A stretch of 64,000 nucleotides of DNA from Octopus vulgaris (GCA_951406725.2 OX597817.1:92876001-92940000); one strand, 5' to 3'; numbered from the stretch's first letter, positions 37,301 to 51,781 are shown. Numbers and translations: made by a program. Notes: generated from the sequence alone by a model not told the origin.

Positions 37301-38980
37301 CGTGTTTGGCTTTGAGACGACGGGACAAATCGCTCTCACCGCCATCGCTCTCGATGCAAAGCCAGATTTCATGGCCTCATGTAATTCCTTCATTCTCTAA
37401 ACTTATCTGATTACTAAATCTAAGAGACTCAGAAGGAATGACTGTCTTGAGGGCGCACCACCACCTATTATTAATGATGGCACCGCATAATGCCGTCTGC
37501 ACTAATCCTTTACCCAGACACGGAAGGTTTTATAAGTCAAAAAAGACTTCATCTTTCATCTTCTAGTACCCCAGTTCCTGCCTATGACACTTATATAGGT
37601 ATATCTCACACGTCACAAACTTGTGATCCGTGTAAGGGACACAACAAAAGCGTGGACAACTAAGCGTATTCCTATCTCTATCTCTAACGAATATCCTATC
37701 TAAATAAGATATGTGTGAACCGTCGTTATTAGTCCACACCCACTGTGGAACGAGCGGTTTATCCAGTCTATATCGGTCTACTAGGTTATAGCTTCCTAGT
37801 AGCCTTTTGAGGCCAGGATTTCCGCTTCTATCTGTCGAGCCAATATTTTCCACCCATGCGTCGAGAATAGTGTTAAATTCTCCTAATAAAACTAGAGTTT
37901 TCGACGTTACTAAAAAGCTCTCCACGTCCCGATGAAAATCACCTTTCTACACTCTTTAGGAGGGTAGACATCTACCAACCTGAAGGACTATTTACTTACG
38001 TGTGTCACATCCAAAACGACCAGGCTACCTTCTAGGTCAAGAAAGACTGTTACTTACCTATAAGTTCAATTTTTTTTCTGAACAAGACCACTACGCCCCC
38101 GCCTCTCCGCCGACTAGGAGTAATAAATATCTCGGAGCCATTTAGAAGAGGCGAGAACGCTTGTGGCCCATTCAGCTTGGAGTCAGTCACAACACAGACA
38201 TCAATATCTAGTGACCTAAGGTCGTTTAAGAGACAAGTTTGTTTCCCTCTCGATCCCAGGCCACGTGCATTTATACACCCCAACTTAATCTCCATAGTAA
38301 AAGTTTTACTTACATTTTAAGTTTTGGGGAGGGGCTGCACGAATTCGGCAAACTCCCCACCTTTTCTTTCTGAGGTGTAACCGCTAGGATAAACGTAAGC
38401 TTTTTTGCGCCATCACCTGGTTTACAACGTGGATGTCCTTGGGGCATCTTTCATTGAACTCTTGGAACAGCTCCGCATCTATTCTCGCCAAACGGATGTT
38501 AGGTGGTATGCCTTGTATTGTTTTATATAGACGCGTTTTATGAGGTACTCCAATTCCTTTTGCTAATACAGCCTTTTTCTTGTCGTTGAACGTAACTATC
38601 TCTTCATGTGTTTTGGGAGGGGGTTTGGTAAAGGGTTTTAACTTGGGGATGGAGTGCGGAAGTTTTTCTTGTGTGACTCTGGTGTTTATGCTTGTTTTCT
38701 TTGTCTAGGGAGCTTAGCCTTTTTTCTTTTGTGTGATATGACCGTCGTAAACTCCATGTCCTCCTCCGCCAAAAGAGATGTATTTTCTGATATTGGCTAT
38801 TTTGTTTCTCTTTGTCTTTTTCCCTCTACTTTTTCTGCTTCTTTTCCTCCCTTTTCTTGTTGTATTTTCTCTTCCTTTTTGAGGAGGGGCTTCAGTCTTT
38901 TTTTTGTTTCTTTTTTTTTTAGCCTTCCGAGTGGACGTGGCCCTTTTCTCCACACTTGAGGCACCGAGGCCTACGTCCCT
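34345..38980 (-). mobile_element. Degraded L1/Tx1-like LINE (ORF1 3' part + ORF2) with internal duplications
   Basis: LGCINARGL, LLGEFN, YLDRIF, TDH, KSPGLD, SVRQ..PLS and YADDV motifs. Confidence 0.88.
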
Positions 38981-39059
38981 CCAACCGGAATATCTAAGGA
39001 AATTGGGACATGTTGTTTTTGTACAGTCGCAATGTTGAAATAGTGTGTATGAAGAACTA

Positions 39060-41030
39060 GAATGCAAGGACTTTTGGCAGGATCCTTCATCTCTGGCCCT
39101 GGTCTGCTGTATTATTTCAGTTTTAATAGGTGGTGGTGCGCCCTCAATCCTGCCAAAAGTCCTTGCATTCTAGTTCTTCATACACACTATTTCAACATTG
39201 CGACTGTACAAAAACAACATGTCCCATTTTCCTTAGATATTCGGTTGGTGGTGTAATCTTTATTATAGACTCAGCTGATAGCTGTACTCTCCCTAAATGC
39301 GAAAACACGTGTTCTGTGTAAATTTTCAAACCCGAAAGCTTCGGGCACTGTACGAGAGCGTGCAGGACGGTTCCATCATCCTACCCACATGTTAGGCATG
39401 CCGGTGGCACTGATATACCATGCCGAGACAATTTTTCGCGAACAGGTAATGCGATCCTATAGCACTGCCAGGTCAGGGATATTTGATAATTATCCAAGTA
39501 ACACGGCCTGAAAGTTCTTTGAAACAAGTTGGCTAGCTGGTTCTCATCGAGCTCCAGAGTACCTCCTAGGACGTCATCACTCTTAAACTCCACCAGCCCT
39601 TTATAAAATACCGAGGTGGTATTCCCACTGCCGGCTTTGTCCGCCTTGTGGATTAGCGCCAGTGCCTGTAGGCACTCCTTTTGCTATTCAGTCGTATTAC
39701 GTCTTTTAATCAAATCGGGTGTAAATTCCTCCAAGGTGGCCGGTCGTGGAAAGAATTCCTCCGCTAGCGAATTCCACAGCTGCCCACAATCCAGGTAGAG
39801 CCAGAGATGCCTTAGCCTCAGTGAATGCCTGCACATCATTAGCCACGGCATCTCTAACCCACTCTTTAGCGGTTCTTGGCAGCATACGGAGCGCCTCACA
39901 GGAGGCTCTCCTCCCTTCCACAACAAGCAGAAGAGAAGGCGTGCCAAATTATTTGGCCATGAATCAAGGGCTAGGGACAACGGTTACACGGTAGGTGATA
40001 ACAGATTCAATAAACACCTGCACCACCTCCGCCCTCCCATTCAGGGACAGTGCCCCTCCAGACCAAGTCCGAACTAGGGCCTCCACCCAGCCTGCCACCT
40101 CGCTCCAATTCTTCTCCGTCTGGGACTCTGGTCCAATTCAAATTCCTAGCAACTTAACAGGACCATCCATGAAGTGCCCCACAACAGTGGACGATGTCGT
40201 CTTGCCACACCAGGTTTTGAGCCACAAGCCAATGGACTTGTGCTTGTTAAAATTTTTCCCTGCCTCGTATCCTTTGATTGCATCTCTACCTTAGCCAAAA
40301 TCTTTAACTCTACATTAAGTAGAGTTATGGGCCTGAAATTACTAATATTGTCCCTCTTGCTCGGGTCTTTTCTGATCAGCGCCACCACTCCCCATATCAC
40401 AGAGCTGGGAATCCTCCCATTCTGTTGCCAGTTTGTGTAGACGCCGGCCAGCAATTGTCTGAACAAGTCAGGCATACTACGATAACATTTATAGGGCAGA
40501 CTATCCAGCCCCGGTGACTTGTCCCCAGTGCACTCAGCCAGTACCTCTTCGAAATCCGCAGCTATAATCGGTCCTTCACGGCATTCTGGCTCCCGTGCCG
40601 AGGGTCGCGGCCCACCGGCGAGAAAGTTGTTTAGGGACTCCCTACGATACAGTGCATCGCTCTCCTTGAACAACTAGGCGAAATGCTGGTGGAAAACCTT
40701 TTGCATCTCCTCTTGTCCTTCAATCGTAATCGCCCATGCTCGTCCGTTAAAGACTTTATAGAGGTATCTTTCCTCTCCGACTCTCCACATGACGTGCCCC
40801 TCCGGCAACGTTAATACCCCCTCTCCTCACCGGACGTAACTTAGCCATGATTCTACACCCTTCGCGTTTGGCTTTGAGATGACAGAACCAAACCGCTCTC
40901 GCCGCCATCACTCTGGATGCAGAGCCATATTCCATGGCCTCCTCTAATTCCTTAGTTAAGTTATCATCTATTCTAGTCTTCTCTAAACTTATCTGATTAC
41001 TAAATCTAAGAGACTCAGGACGAATAGCTC
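39060..41030 (-). mobile_element. Second copy of the same L1/Tx1 subfamily, ORF2 fragment with RT core deleted
   Basis: Close match to 34500-37430; jumps from the RT N-terminus (LKILAKV) to the post-RT region near 40290. Confidence 0.85.
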
Positions 41031-41031
41031 G

Positions 41032-41335
41032 CTAGTAAAGTAAAGAATAAGAAACTTTTTACTTAAAATATTGCAGCAAAGAATGCCCGTTCTTCTAATT
41101 TTTAACTCTTTACATTTCTCATCTTTAAATTTATTGTACAAAAATGTTCAGCTAACTTATAAGTTTGTCTAATTTGTCACTTTTTTCTGCATTTAAGATA
41201 GTAAATTTGCCGAATTCTACTTAAATAAATATAGTGTTATTTGTAAACTATAATAAAGTAAGTTTTAATTTTTTCAAATTTTAATTTTAGCTGCAATAAT
41301 TTAAGTAAAAAGTTTCTTATTCTTTACTTTACTAG
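41032..41335. mobile_element. ~300-bp MITE-like inverted-repeat element
   Basis: CTAGTAAAGTAAAGAATAAGAAACTTTTTACTTAAA at the start is mirrored by TTTAAGTAAAAAGTTTCTTATTCTTTACTTTACTAG at the end. Confidence 0.75.
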
Positions 41336-42799
41336 AAGTAATAGCTTGTCCTAAAATCTTTCAGGTATCATAACTTGTCCTGTACTTTTCCAGGTTTATA
41401 ATCTTAAGAATATTACTTTTTATGCTCACATTTTTCCATGTAATCCATGATTTTTCCAGGCATTGCTGTTATAAGATTAGTAATGTGTTAATAATTCAAG
41501 ATTTTACCTTACTGGAAGATAATATTTCAATTTTTCCATGTAAGTGATGATAATATTTCAATTTTTTTCTTGTTTAATTTAAATATATGTTGTGATTGAA
41601 TTAATTGATATTACCCATGCATACCAAATTAATGGCAGGGATTTTACCATGTTGTTGGTTGCACCATGACTTACCAAAAGTTCCAAATAACAAGACCCCA
41701 AAACCATCAGTTACTAGGCTCACCTTAAGTAACCTAATTTTACAGGAATTCATTCAACGAAAAAAAATTTTCCGAACCAAAATAAGGGATTTGCAGCATA
41801 TTTGGAGGTCAGAGTACTTGATTTCACGCAAAAAATCAAATTTTTTGTTTTCCTTTTCCTTACTGAAAATCGTGCGGGTGTTAATATAGAAATTGACCAT
41901 AATGTTATTTCGCCTCAAATCAACCCTGATACTGCAAATCTATCGTCAAAGACATTCCAGCCTTCAGTAAACTGTCTTTTTTTAGGGATAATCTAGGACA
42001 TTTTGTACAATGGGCGTGTGATTTAGGTAGGGGGATACTTTGGCTGCTATTTTTAGCATGTCGTGCGACCAGGTAGAAGCTCTTTCATTGGTTCGATTGT
42101 GTAATGAGATTTTTTACACATATGTAATATGTATATATATCATCAGCAGAAGTTAGAGGGTAAGTCAAAAGCTGAGAGTTTCGTGTATTTGCACTTAAAC
42201 ACGAATTTGTTCATTATCACTCTGTAACTTATGATGAAATAACTTCTAAAATACAAAATTTTGTCAAAAGTGTTAAGAGTAAACCCTGTTCCATGTGACA
42301 CATTCTATCAGTATCGAAAGTTTCAAAGTGTTTAGTTAAAGAAATTTAATTAAATAAACTGTGCGTCAAATTGAATAGATCCGAAATGGAGGAAAGGCAA
42401 AGTCGACCTCGACGGAATTTGAATTCAGAACATAAAGACAAACGAAATACCGATAAGCATTTTGCCCGGCGCGCTAACGTTTTTACCAGAATATATTCTT
42501 ATTGCTTGGGGCATTAGTCCCTTACTAACTTCCTCACTTATTATGTTAATTGAAGATGAATACCTGCCTTACTGCCCACTTTGAGGTCTCACGTATTTTT
42601 ATATAACTTTTTTCTATTGAACCAAATCTCAAACTATTTATGCCAAAACTATCAACAGTTTGCAATATAGTTGGAAACTATCAACAGTTTGCAATATAAT
42701 TGGAAACTGAATTAGTGGTGAAGCTTGAAATCTGCTGCGGTTGATGACATGGTGGACTTGAGAATATATTCAACCTCTACCGTGGTTGATTGATATATA

Positions 42800-44852
42800 T
42801 ATAATATTTAATAATAAGTTAATAACAAATAAAGTAAAATATGCGGTTACTCACCGATAATAAATTTTGTTGATTTAAGACGATCATGATGAAAATAATA
42901 AAGGTAATATCTGCACAGCAAAGAACATTTTAAGAACTTCAGGTGACGCCTCTTCTTCATGTCTTTTAGAGAATGTCATATTTTCGTGCAAGGCTTTCTT
43001 GGTGGGCTTGCGGAACATTGTAATGAGAGGTTTCTGTCGTTGTTTCTTCATGGTGGTGAGGAGAGTTTTATATATCTGCTTGGCAGCATCGATAGCATTT
43101 TTAAATTGTAGAGACCGAATCATACAGGGATCCCATGCTTCCGCCTTCACTTGCAATTCCTTTACTGTCTTCAAAAGGACGGACAGATGTTCGATCACCA
43201 GGCCCACCTCATCCTTCTCTTCCTCTGGATCTGGCGCTTCCTCCTCCCCTTCGCTGCCAGACTTCGTTAACTCCAACAAATCTTCGTCTATCAGAGTTTC
43301 AGAGTGGGCATCTTGTGTGATGTCAAAACCTTCGCCAACAAGTACCTTTGCCAGTTTCCCCGCATTATTGACAGCGTCGTGTTGAATATCTTCAGGTGAG
43401 AAGCGCTCGTAGTCCTGGACACACTCTGGCCACACCTTCTTTTAACATGCGATGAGGGTTTCTTTTTTCATGTCTTTAAGAGCAGCGTAGATGGCTGACA
43501 GGCACGTTGCGATCGTCAAGTTATGCCAGTAGTCCTTTAATTTGAAATTCTCGTCCGAATCCATCGTGTCCACAAGGTGTTGGAGAGAGCACCGCGTGTA
43601 ACGTGACTTCAAGGCACGGATCACGCCTTGATCCATAGGCTGGATGTGGGAGGTGATGTTGGCAGGGATGAACTCCACTTGGTCTACCTCGTGATTTAAA
43701 TCCAAAGAGTGACCACCAGTATTATCCATAACAAGCAACACCTTGAAGTCCATGCATATGTTTTGGAGGTATTCCTTGGCTTGAGTGATGAAGTATTGGT
43801 GGAACCAATTCAAAGTTAGACTTTTGGTAATCCAGGCCTTGGGGTTGTGCATCCAGTGGACAGGTGGCAGGTTTTTATTCTTATTTTTGGAGACCCTCGG
43901 TTTCGCGGATTAGTAGATAAATCCTGGTTACATAATGAAGCTAGCATCATTGCCTCACATAATTAGCAACACTCTGTCCCTCTGTGCCTTAAATCTTGGG
44001 GCTCTAGCTTTGTTCTTCATGATGTACGTTCTGGAAGGCATCTTCTTCCAAAACAAGCCAGTCTCGTCTGGCTTGTTTCCCTTGTGCTCGATGATCTACC
44101 TGAAGGTTTCAAGGTACTTCTCGGCGACCTCTTTATCAGCTGGTGCTGTCTCTCCATGCCGAGAAGCACACTTTATTTTAAACCGCTTCTGGAAACAGTC
44201 AAAACACCCATTGCTGGTTTGAAAATCTTCGGGCTCCGGTGCTGTCAATGGCCTTGGTGGCGATTCTTCGATGTCTTCTGCGCCGTCTCCTCTGTCGAAC
44301 TGCTGGCATAATTTCCGCGCTTTCTCGCGGATGATGTTACTGCTCAATGGATTTTTTTCTTCTAGCGGTCACTGATCTACAATTTCAAAGCAAATTCTTT
44401 TCTCACAAAGTGCTTATTTCTCACTATCGCTATCTTTTTGGCATGTTCACAGAAACTTACTGTTACGGTAGTCCTGATCGTCACCTCGCTCTTCTTTATG
44501 TAGCGCGTGGTGTTTTCGTTGACAACATAATAGCGACCTACTGCAGCATAACTTTTAGCTTCCAGGAACATATCCAACAGTTATGCTTTCTCATGCAGCG
44601 TCATAACCTTTTCCTGGTACTTAGGTGTAGGGCGTTTGGGTGGCATCTTAAGGCTTTAATAACACGCCGCAAAAACACAGCATTCAACAAAATAGCTTAT
44701 AGGCGCAGTATTTCTAAAAGAAAACCTACAAAAATAACTTCTTTTCGTCTAATGTGCGGTTACCACCAATGGGAGATTGAGAGCATATTAGAATTATTCA
44801 TGGTTTCGAAAAAGTTTGTTTGTATTACCACTAGATACAATAATGTATACTA

Positions 44853-44895
<43 letters not shown>

Positions 44896-45446
44896 GATGC
44901 AGTATCAGGCAGTGGATCTCATGGCTTCTGATCTTAACTGATTGGAAGTGTTATCATGTACATTGTTTTGTCTTGGTATAAAAGATGGGCTACAGCAAAT
45001 ATTCTGCTCAATACCACAGATTTGCTTGTCAGTTGTTTGACTTTAACCAGTTGAGCATGTCCCTTAGTGGCTGACGATATGTGCATCTCTGATCACGAGC
45101 AGAAGTAGTGGGGGAGCATCATAGCCATGTGTTGAGAGGGATTCTTTGGGGTTTGAATAATTCACCTCTGGAAACATGGGTGGTTTTTTCAACATCCTTA
45201 AACAACTCTTATTCAGGGACCTTTTGAGCGGGATGGGCTACTCAACCTGAAGAAAATTCTAACTGGGCCCCACCTGCAAGGTCATGTGCTGTTTATCTTG
45301 ATATGAGATCACTATGTCGTGCACATTTGGTTGTGATGCATGTGCCTGGTGTACCCTTATCAGACGGGTAGTCATGATGGGTATATTGGGCTTCGTATAT
45401 TTTACCCCAGTGTCACTTTGATGGCATGAGCTGCTCTCTCACTCAC

Positions 45447-45510
<64 letters not shown>

Positions 45511-46096
45511 AAGAAGAAGAAGAAGAAGAAGAAGAAGAAGAAGAAGAAGAAGAAGAAGAAGAAGAAGAAGAGAGAGAGAAAGACAAGGAGGGACCAGCAA
45601 GTAATTTAATTTCAATGAGGCTATATTGGCTCATGATCTTAAAAATTATCCTGATGAAATAAACCATGTGTATGATCAAATGTAGCGATGATTTAAAAGA
45701 AAAGCGCTGGTATTAACGTTCAGTCTCGTGTTGCATATATCTTTAATTTGTCATCGCTAGCTAATTTAGCAAGATTTGATTGAAAGCAGAAATAAGAGAC
45801 ACAAGATACAGTGTACTTGTATCTAGAAAAAATCAAGCGACGTGATGCGCGGCTACTCTAATCAGAGGAAGCTTCAGCTGCGAAGGGGCGTCCAGTAAGC
45901 CGGGAAATACGGCATATTGTTATTAATAATTTTGCCTTAAATGTGTAAAAAATATATATTGCCAGAAAAAAGCCAGTAAAAATCACAGACGATATTTACG
46001 ATTCCACGAATATGCGGTGGTTTCCGCGAACAGTTATCAGTTCCGCGAATAACCGAGACCGCGAATGGCGAACCGCGAATAAGTAGGGGTACACTG
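42800..46096 (-). mobile_element. Tigger/pogo-like transposon, degraded transposase about 42884-44645
   Basis: CENP-B HTH (FQTSNGCFDCFQKRF..HGE), DETGLFWK, KAW, LLVMDN, T..IQPMDQGVI; terminus TA|CAGTGTACCCC on the minus strand at 46096. Confidence 0.85.
44897..45445. mobile_element. Unclassified interspersed element embedded in a (TAA)n tract
   Basis: Higher-GC ~550-bp block bounded by (TAA)n at 44851-44895 and 45446-45481, followed by (AAG)n; nested in the pogo element. Confidence 0.5.
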
Positions 46097-46148
46097 TATT
46101 ATTATATATATATATATATATATATGCATCTATTTAATGAGCTCTTGC

Positions 46149-47130
46149 TTAATTGCCATGTAGCATGGCTGTTAGCAGACAGGTATCATACAATCTGCCT
46201 TTCACTCTGAAGGAGAGGTCTTTTGTTACCAACAAAAGTAGAAGCTCTCTGAACTTTGCCCAGCCCATTCGTATTCTAGAAGCTACACTCTCAGTGCATC
46301 CTCCTCCGCTGCTGGTTAGGCCACCTAGGTAATGGAAGCTATCTACTATTACTATGCATCTCGCCGGATATTTGACGAGGTCTATTTTCAGTAAATTCCT
46401 AGTGTTTATTGTACCCACAAAAAGATTACTTTCTCTGTTGACCTTCCTCTGATATTGCTACATCTCTTATGTGCCTATAGCTTGAACCCGCTACACCTTA
46501 TGAAATTTCTGCCGACACCTTTTCTACAAATCGGTCAGGGCCATGTCCCTCCAAGGATTTGTGATTTGTTTTGTTTTCTCACTTAATAAGAATTTGGTCT
46601 TTGCTAAATTAACCCTAAGGCCCTTTGACTCCAAACCTAGCCTTCTAGTTGTGATTCAGCTATAAGAACAAGGCCATCATCATAGAGGGGCTCCCAAAAG
46701 CAGCCCGCCTTGAATTCCTCTGTGACGGCCTTAAGGACTATGATGAACAAGAGAGACTGAAAACCGATCCTTGGTGAAGTCCTACCTATGCACTGAATTC
46801 ATTGTGATACTCGTTGCTGATTTTCCCCTTACTGACAGCATCCCTGTGCATGGCTTGAACAACTCTCAATAACCACTCATTTGTCCCTAGATTCCACATT
46901 GACCACCAGACAAGGGAGCAGGGAACCCTTTTCAAGTATTTTCCATGTCAACAAAAGCCATGTACTGAGGTTTATTTTTGGCTAAGTACTTCTCCTGTAG
47001 CTGCCTAACCAGGAATATACCATCAGTTGTGTTTCTCTCTGACAAATAATCTCATGTAGACTAGCTTTCTTTGTAACTAGTTAAGCTATGACCTTCTCTG
47101 TAACTTTCGTAACCTTGTCCAACCATTATA
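46149..47130 (-). mobile_element. RTE-clade LINE RT fragment
   Basis: FVDMEK, VGLHQGSV, LYDDGL (YADD-like) and VDSFHYLG..SRIRMGWAKFREL..KGRLY. Confidence 0.8.
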
Positions 47131-48779
47131 TATATATATATATATAATCCGTATTCAATTAACAGAAGAGAAATGGAGAGTTGAAAGTTAATAATTATTT
47201 ATTAATAAATTTATAATTCTTACTTCCTACAGCTGTTGCCTTTTGTGCTCATTAAATAAATTACAAATTTAAGCTTTAAATTTGCATTTATAAGATATTA
47301 GCAAAATATCATCAGGGAAAAAGATATATATTAAAGGATTATATGTAGACCTCTTAGTTCATACCAGCAGACTAAATATATGGAGTTATTTTTATTTTTG
47401 TGTGTGCGAGAGGGTTAATTGATTAACTTGAATATGATAAAAAATAAAGTAAAATTAATAATGTAGTATATAATAAAATGAAAAGTAAAATACAATAAAA
47501 ATAAAAATAAAAATTTAAAATAAATAAGATGATAATAAAAATAAAAATAAAATTAATAAATAAATAAATAAATAAATAAAAGTAGAACAAAAATAAAATA
47601 AGACAAAACAGAATATATATATGGAATATACATATATAGATAAAGAGGTACACACAGATATACATATATAAAGATATACATAAAAATGTACATACATTCA
47701 TATACACACACATATATATATATATATATAATAAAAAATTAAAACACAGTGGGAGAAATTTAAATTAGTTTACATGCGGTTAAGCGTTTCCAGAAAATAT
47801 TTAATCATAATGATTTCTCAATATATGCGCGTGCACGGAATTATATGGTAATAAAAGACTCACAGTAATAATCGAATGCCTATACATATACATATACACA
47901 CTTACACACTTTTACACACACACACATACATATATATCGATATATATACGCATGTATACATACACATGCGTATATATAAATGTATACATAAATGCACAGA
48001 AACGCATATACACGCATATAAGTATGTACATAAGTGATATAAGCATACACATATATACCCATTATAACCCTCAATTCGATATTATTTGTTTAATTAATTT
48101 TTCTATTAAGTATATTTACATAAAATGATATCTTCATAAAGCATACGAATTTATCTACCATATAATCGGTGCGATGAATATATACTATTTGTTTACATTA
48201 AATCTTGTGCATTGTGTCATCACAAATGTAGTTTAACGAAAGAATTCCGGGATATTATCAATACATGGGAATTTAGTTCATCTATATTATTTAATTGATA
48301 AGTATTGCTAATTATGGTTTTAAATAAATATTAACGTAAGATAATAGGTCGAAAATGTTATGAATTGTAATATAAACGTTCTAAATATTCAGTGAGGTAT
48401 AAATATAAAAAGACTGTTGTATTAGTTATAGATAGGAATTTGTTACGTTATGTCATCTCAATTACTGCTAATAGAAATAGTTACGAAATATATTCCAAAC
48501 GTAGTGATTAAGTTAATCTCAGTGAATTAATTAATAATCATTATTAACTAGGGTTTAGGATATTGTTAGAATTTTAGTTGTTAATTTGAAGTGGTGTAAT
48601 CAATAATAGTTCTATCAGTTAGTGTTTATAGACATAATTACGAAACATTTTCAATAACGCTAGTCTGTTATATCAATAGATAATAGCTAGAGAATATTAT
48701 ATGAATATCATATTATATAGTTTAATATTGCCTTATATCACGATTATACAGTTAAGTAAATTTTTTCTAGATGTAAGCA

Positions 48780-49070
48780 TTTAAAGGGTTCTTCAGTACA
48801 CAATTCACATCTCCTGTAGGAGATTTTACATAACTTTCTAGAACTAATAATCTTCCATTTAATATTGAATTCAATCTTATTATCCTTTAATTCCCATAAG
48901 AACTTACTTAATCCGGTAGAATTAATTTTTTGTCTATTTTAAAGTTCTATAGATGGTTAGCCACCTTAATCTTAATTCTATTTTCTGTTGATCCTATAGA
49001 ATAGAATTTCTTTCCTTGAGATTCAACTATGCATTGATAGACTAAGTTAACTTTCATACACAATTTTTTT
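48780..49070 (-). mobile_element. Degraded Penelope-like GIY-YIG endonuclease remnant
   Basis: Hand translation NLVYQCIV..KFYSIGSTE..STGLSKFLWELK..KWKII..CELCTEE, with stops and frameshifts. Confidence 0.65.
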
Positions 49071-49399
49071 AATTTACAGTTAATTTTAATTTATAGTCGC
49101 AGGTTTAATTTACATCTTTATGTATAGATATATTCGAAGTATTATTAGGAAGGTAGTTAATATGGTTATTTCCCTTCTGTCATTAAGGTATTTTTGGGCG
49201 TTAACATTATTATTTACATTTGGGAGATTAAGTTGGTGTTGAGAAGGATTATCGTATTAGATAATTCTATTACTGTAGAAATTATCTAATTTTTTTGTTA
49301 TTATTAGATGATACAATCATGAACAGGTTACGAGTGAGACTGAAAGCCAACTCTGACATATTCATAAATAATGATTTTACACACACACACACATACATA

Positions 49400-49410
49400 C
49401 AGATAGATAG

Positions 49411-49505
<95 letters not shown>
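49400..49505. repeat. (GATA)n microsatellite
   Basis: Directly visible. Confidence 0.95.
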
Positions 49506-50149
49506 TGTAATATTGTATATCTAAATCTCTCAGAGAGAGTTATACAATAACAACGATAAAGTGATGCCTTAGTGCCAATTTAATGTAGCAGTCCCAGGAA
49601 AGGGAAGAATGTTACCATTATTTATCCCCAAGAAACATTATTTATCCCATGGTGACATCTCTCGACAACAGATGAACAAAAATGTCTAGTAAACCCAATC
49701 ATGTACCTGTGTACCGTATACTAAACTACAATATCTAGCTCGACACAGAATTCGCCTGGTGCATGTGTACTCATTACCTTGTTTTTTAACACTTATTATA
49801 CGCGCGCACGCGCACACACACACACACACACACGCACACACACATATATATACATATACATCCATATTTCAGTGTCTAAATACGCATACATATACAATAT
49901 ACGTGTTTGTTATGTATGTGTATATGCATGAGTATGAACACATATGCATAATGCACTCACATATTCATTCGCACATATATATACATGTATATACGATGAT
50001 TCTCCAGTTGTGTTTGTGGGAGACTATCACTGATTACTTAACGCCTTCCTAAGGCATACGTAACAAAAAATATCGCAGATTAAGCTTAATTCATTCACTT
50101 CATGTTTATGTGCAGTTCGCTTAAATTTTGTAAAATAATGTGCGCTTTT

Positions 50150-50720
50150 TCAAATATATTCGCACCATTTCTTATCTCTTAGTGGAAATCAAAAACATTT
50201 CTTTCCTACTTCATTCTTTTGCGAAATTTTTCATATTCTTCAAATTGCAGCCTAGTTTTCTGCCAAAGCATTTCCTCCCAAAGAAGATCACCATATAATG
50301 TTTCGGTATCCACTGAACATTCATTCGTATAAAGTTTTCTCGTCCAACATAAATGGTTTTTGAGTATCATTGTCTCGATACTCAAGACTTCGTTTCCCCT
50401 CACATTAGCCATGCCTGGAATCTACAATGACTAGATGACATTCAGAATATGTTTGAAACATCTAGGATGAAAGCCCTAAGTACTTTCATGTATTACTTGT
50501 AAACGATCTGTCTCTTATGAAGGAAGAATGAAGTTACTAGTCATGCAATACGGGGGAAATTCTTAATCGCATAAAATCATATTGAGACTAGATTCCAGGC
50601 TAAAATTCCTCTGCAAGAGTTGCTTACTTTCTGAATATTTAAACATCCATGGATCAAAAATGGCTGAAAGTACTACCCAAATAAACAAACTTACCTGCTA
50701 CTTTCAGTGAAAAGTTTTAG
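50150..50720 (-). mobile_element. RTE/BovB-like LINE C-terminal remnant
   Basis: KVLRAFHPRCFKHIL..NEVL..SIETMILKNHLCW..LYGDL pieces. Confidence 0.55.
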
Positions 50721-51490
50721 TTAATAATCTTAGTACATGAGATAATTAAAAATTGGACCTTGGTTCAGTGCGTTCATAGAAATGAGAAAAATGTAATTAC
50801 TGAGCTTGCAGAATATTTATTAAAATAATTTGTGAATTTGTTCCTGGGTAATCATGCAGTTTAAACATTGAACGATTACCTATAAAATGACTGGGGATGG
50901 TGTAGAGATTGAAACCAGAGTATACGATACAAATCATGTAGACAATATAAAATTGCCTGAAGGAAAATATATCCTAGATTTTAGTATGAGAAGATATTGG
51001 TGTAAATATGTCCTGTTAAAAAATTATAAAACGGAAACAACATTCTTTAAAAATGAAACTGTTGTCTTCGATTGACTTGTGGAAACACATGTGAACCTAA
51101 ATTAAATTATTCTTTTCGAGTTGGGCGTGAATGTTTACTGTCCGGAAGAGAGTTCGAAAAAATGTTCTCAGGATCTGTATGAAAACCTGAACGGAGTTAT
51201 TTGCATTTCCAGTATCAATAGAGGTATTTTATACTTCAATAATAAATTTATAACCGCTAACCAATTTGTGAGCACATTAAGAAACATGTGAGTTTAACAT
51301 TATTTATTATTGAATCAATTTGTAAAACATTTCAGTTATTATGATAATGACATGGAAAAATCCACCCATTTTTAAGTAGTTTATCTTAGTGGCATGATTT
51401 GTTATTTCTAAATATAGAAGGAATGTAAATAATTTAGGTAAATGATTTATTCTTTTTTAATTCATGGAATTGATCACGTTTATTAAGGTT

Positions 51491-51500
51491 TATATAAAAA
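51491..51500 (+). promoter_or_regulatory. TATA box of paralog C
   Basis: TATATAAAAA within the conserved promoter block 50755-51586. Confidence 0.65.
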
Positions 51501-51586
51501 GTTCTTCTGAGACGTTTGTCAAACTTGTCCTTGTTTCAGAAAACAACTATCACCAATCTCCAAGAGGCTGAAGGAAACTAGCCATC

Positions 51587-51644
51587 ATGCTGTACCAACT
51601 GTTACTAGTAATATTAGCTATTTCATTTGTGAACAGCTACAACT
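51587..51644 (+). CDS. Paralog C exon 1: signal peptide MLYQLLLVILAISFVNSYN
   Basis: Intact ATG; GTAAGT donor at 51645; phase 1. Confidence 0.85.
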
Positions 51645-51781
51645 GTAAGTAAATTATGTTGCCCTACATGTATGAATGCCCTACAGTTAAATTTAGCAAA
51701 CTGTGTGTTATTACAATTTACTTTAAATTATCAAGACATTATGTCTGTGCGTGTCTGTGTCTTTGAGAGTATATATATATA

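Noticed and set aside
47224-47319. Minus-strand hammerhead as an intact feature
   Set aside because: Stem I and palindromic ACAGCTGT are present but GAAA is GCAA; counted only as a degenerate remnant.
50887-51075. 62-aa ORF upstream of paralog C
   Set aside because: Lies in promoter homology where the other paralogs do not keep the frame.
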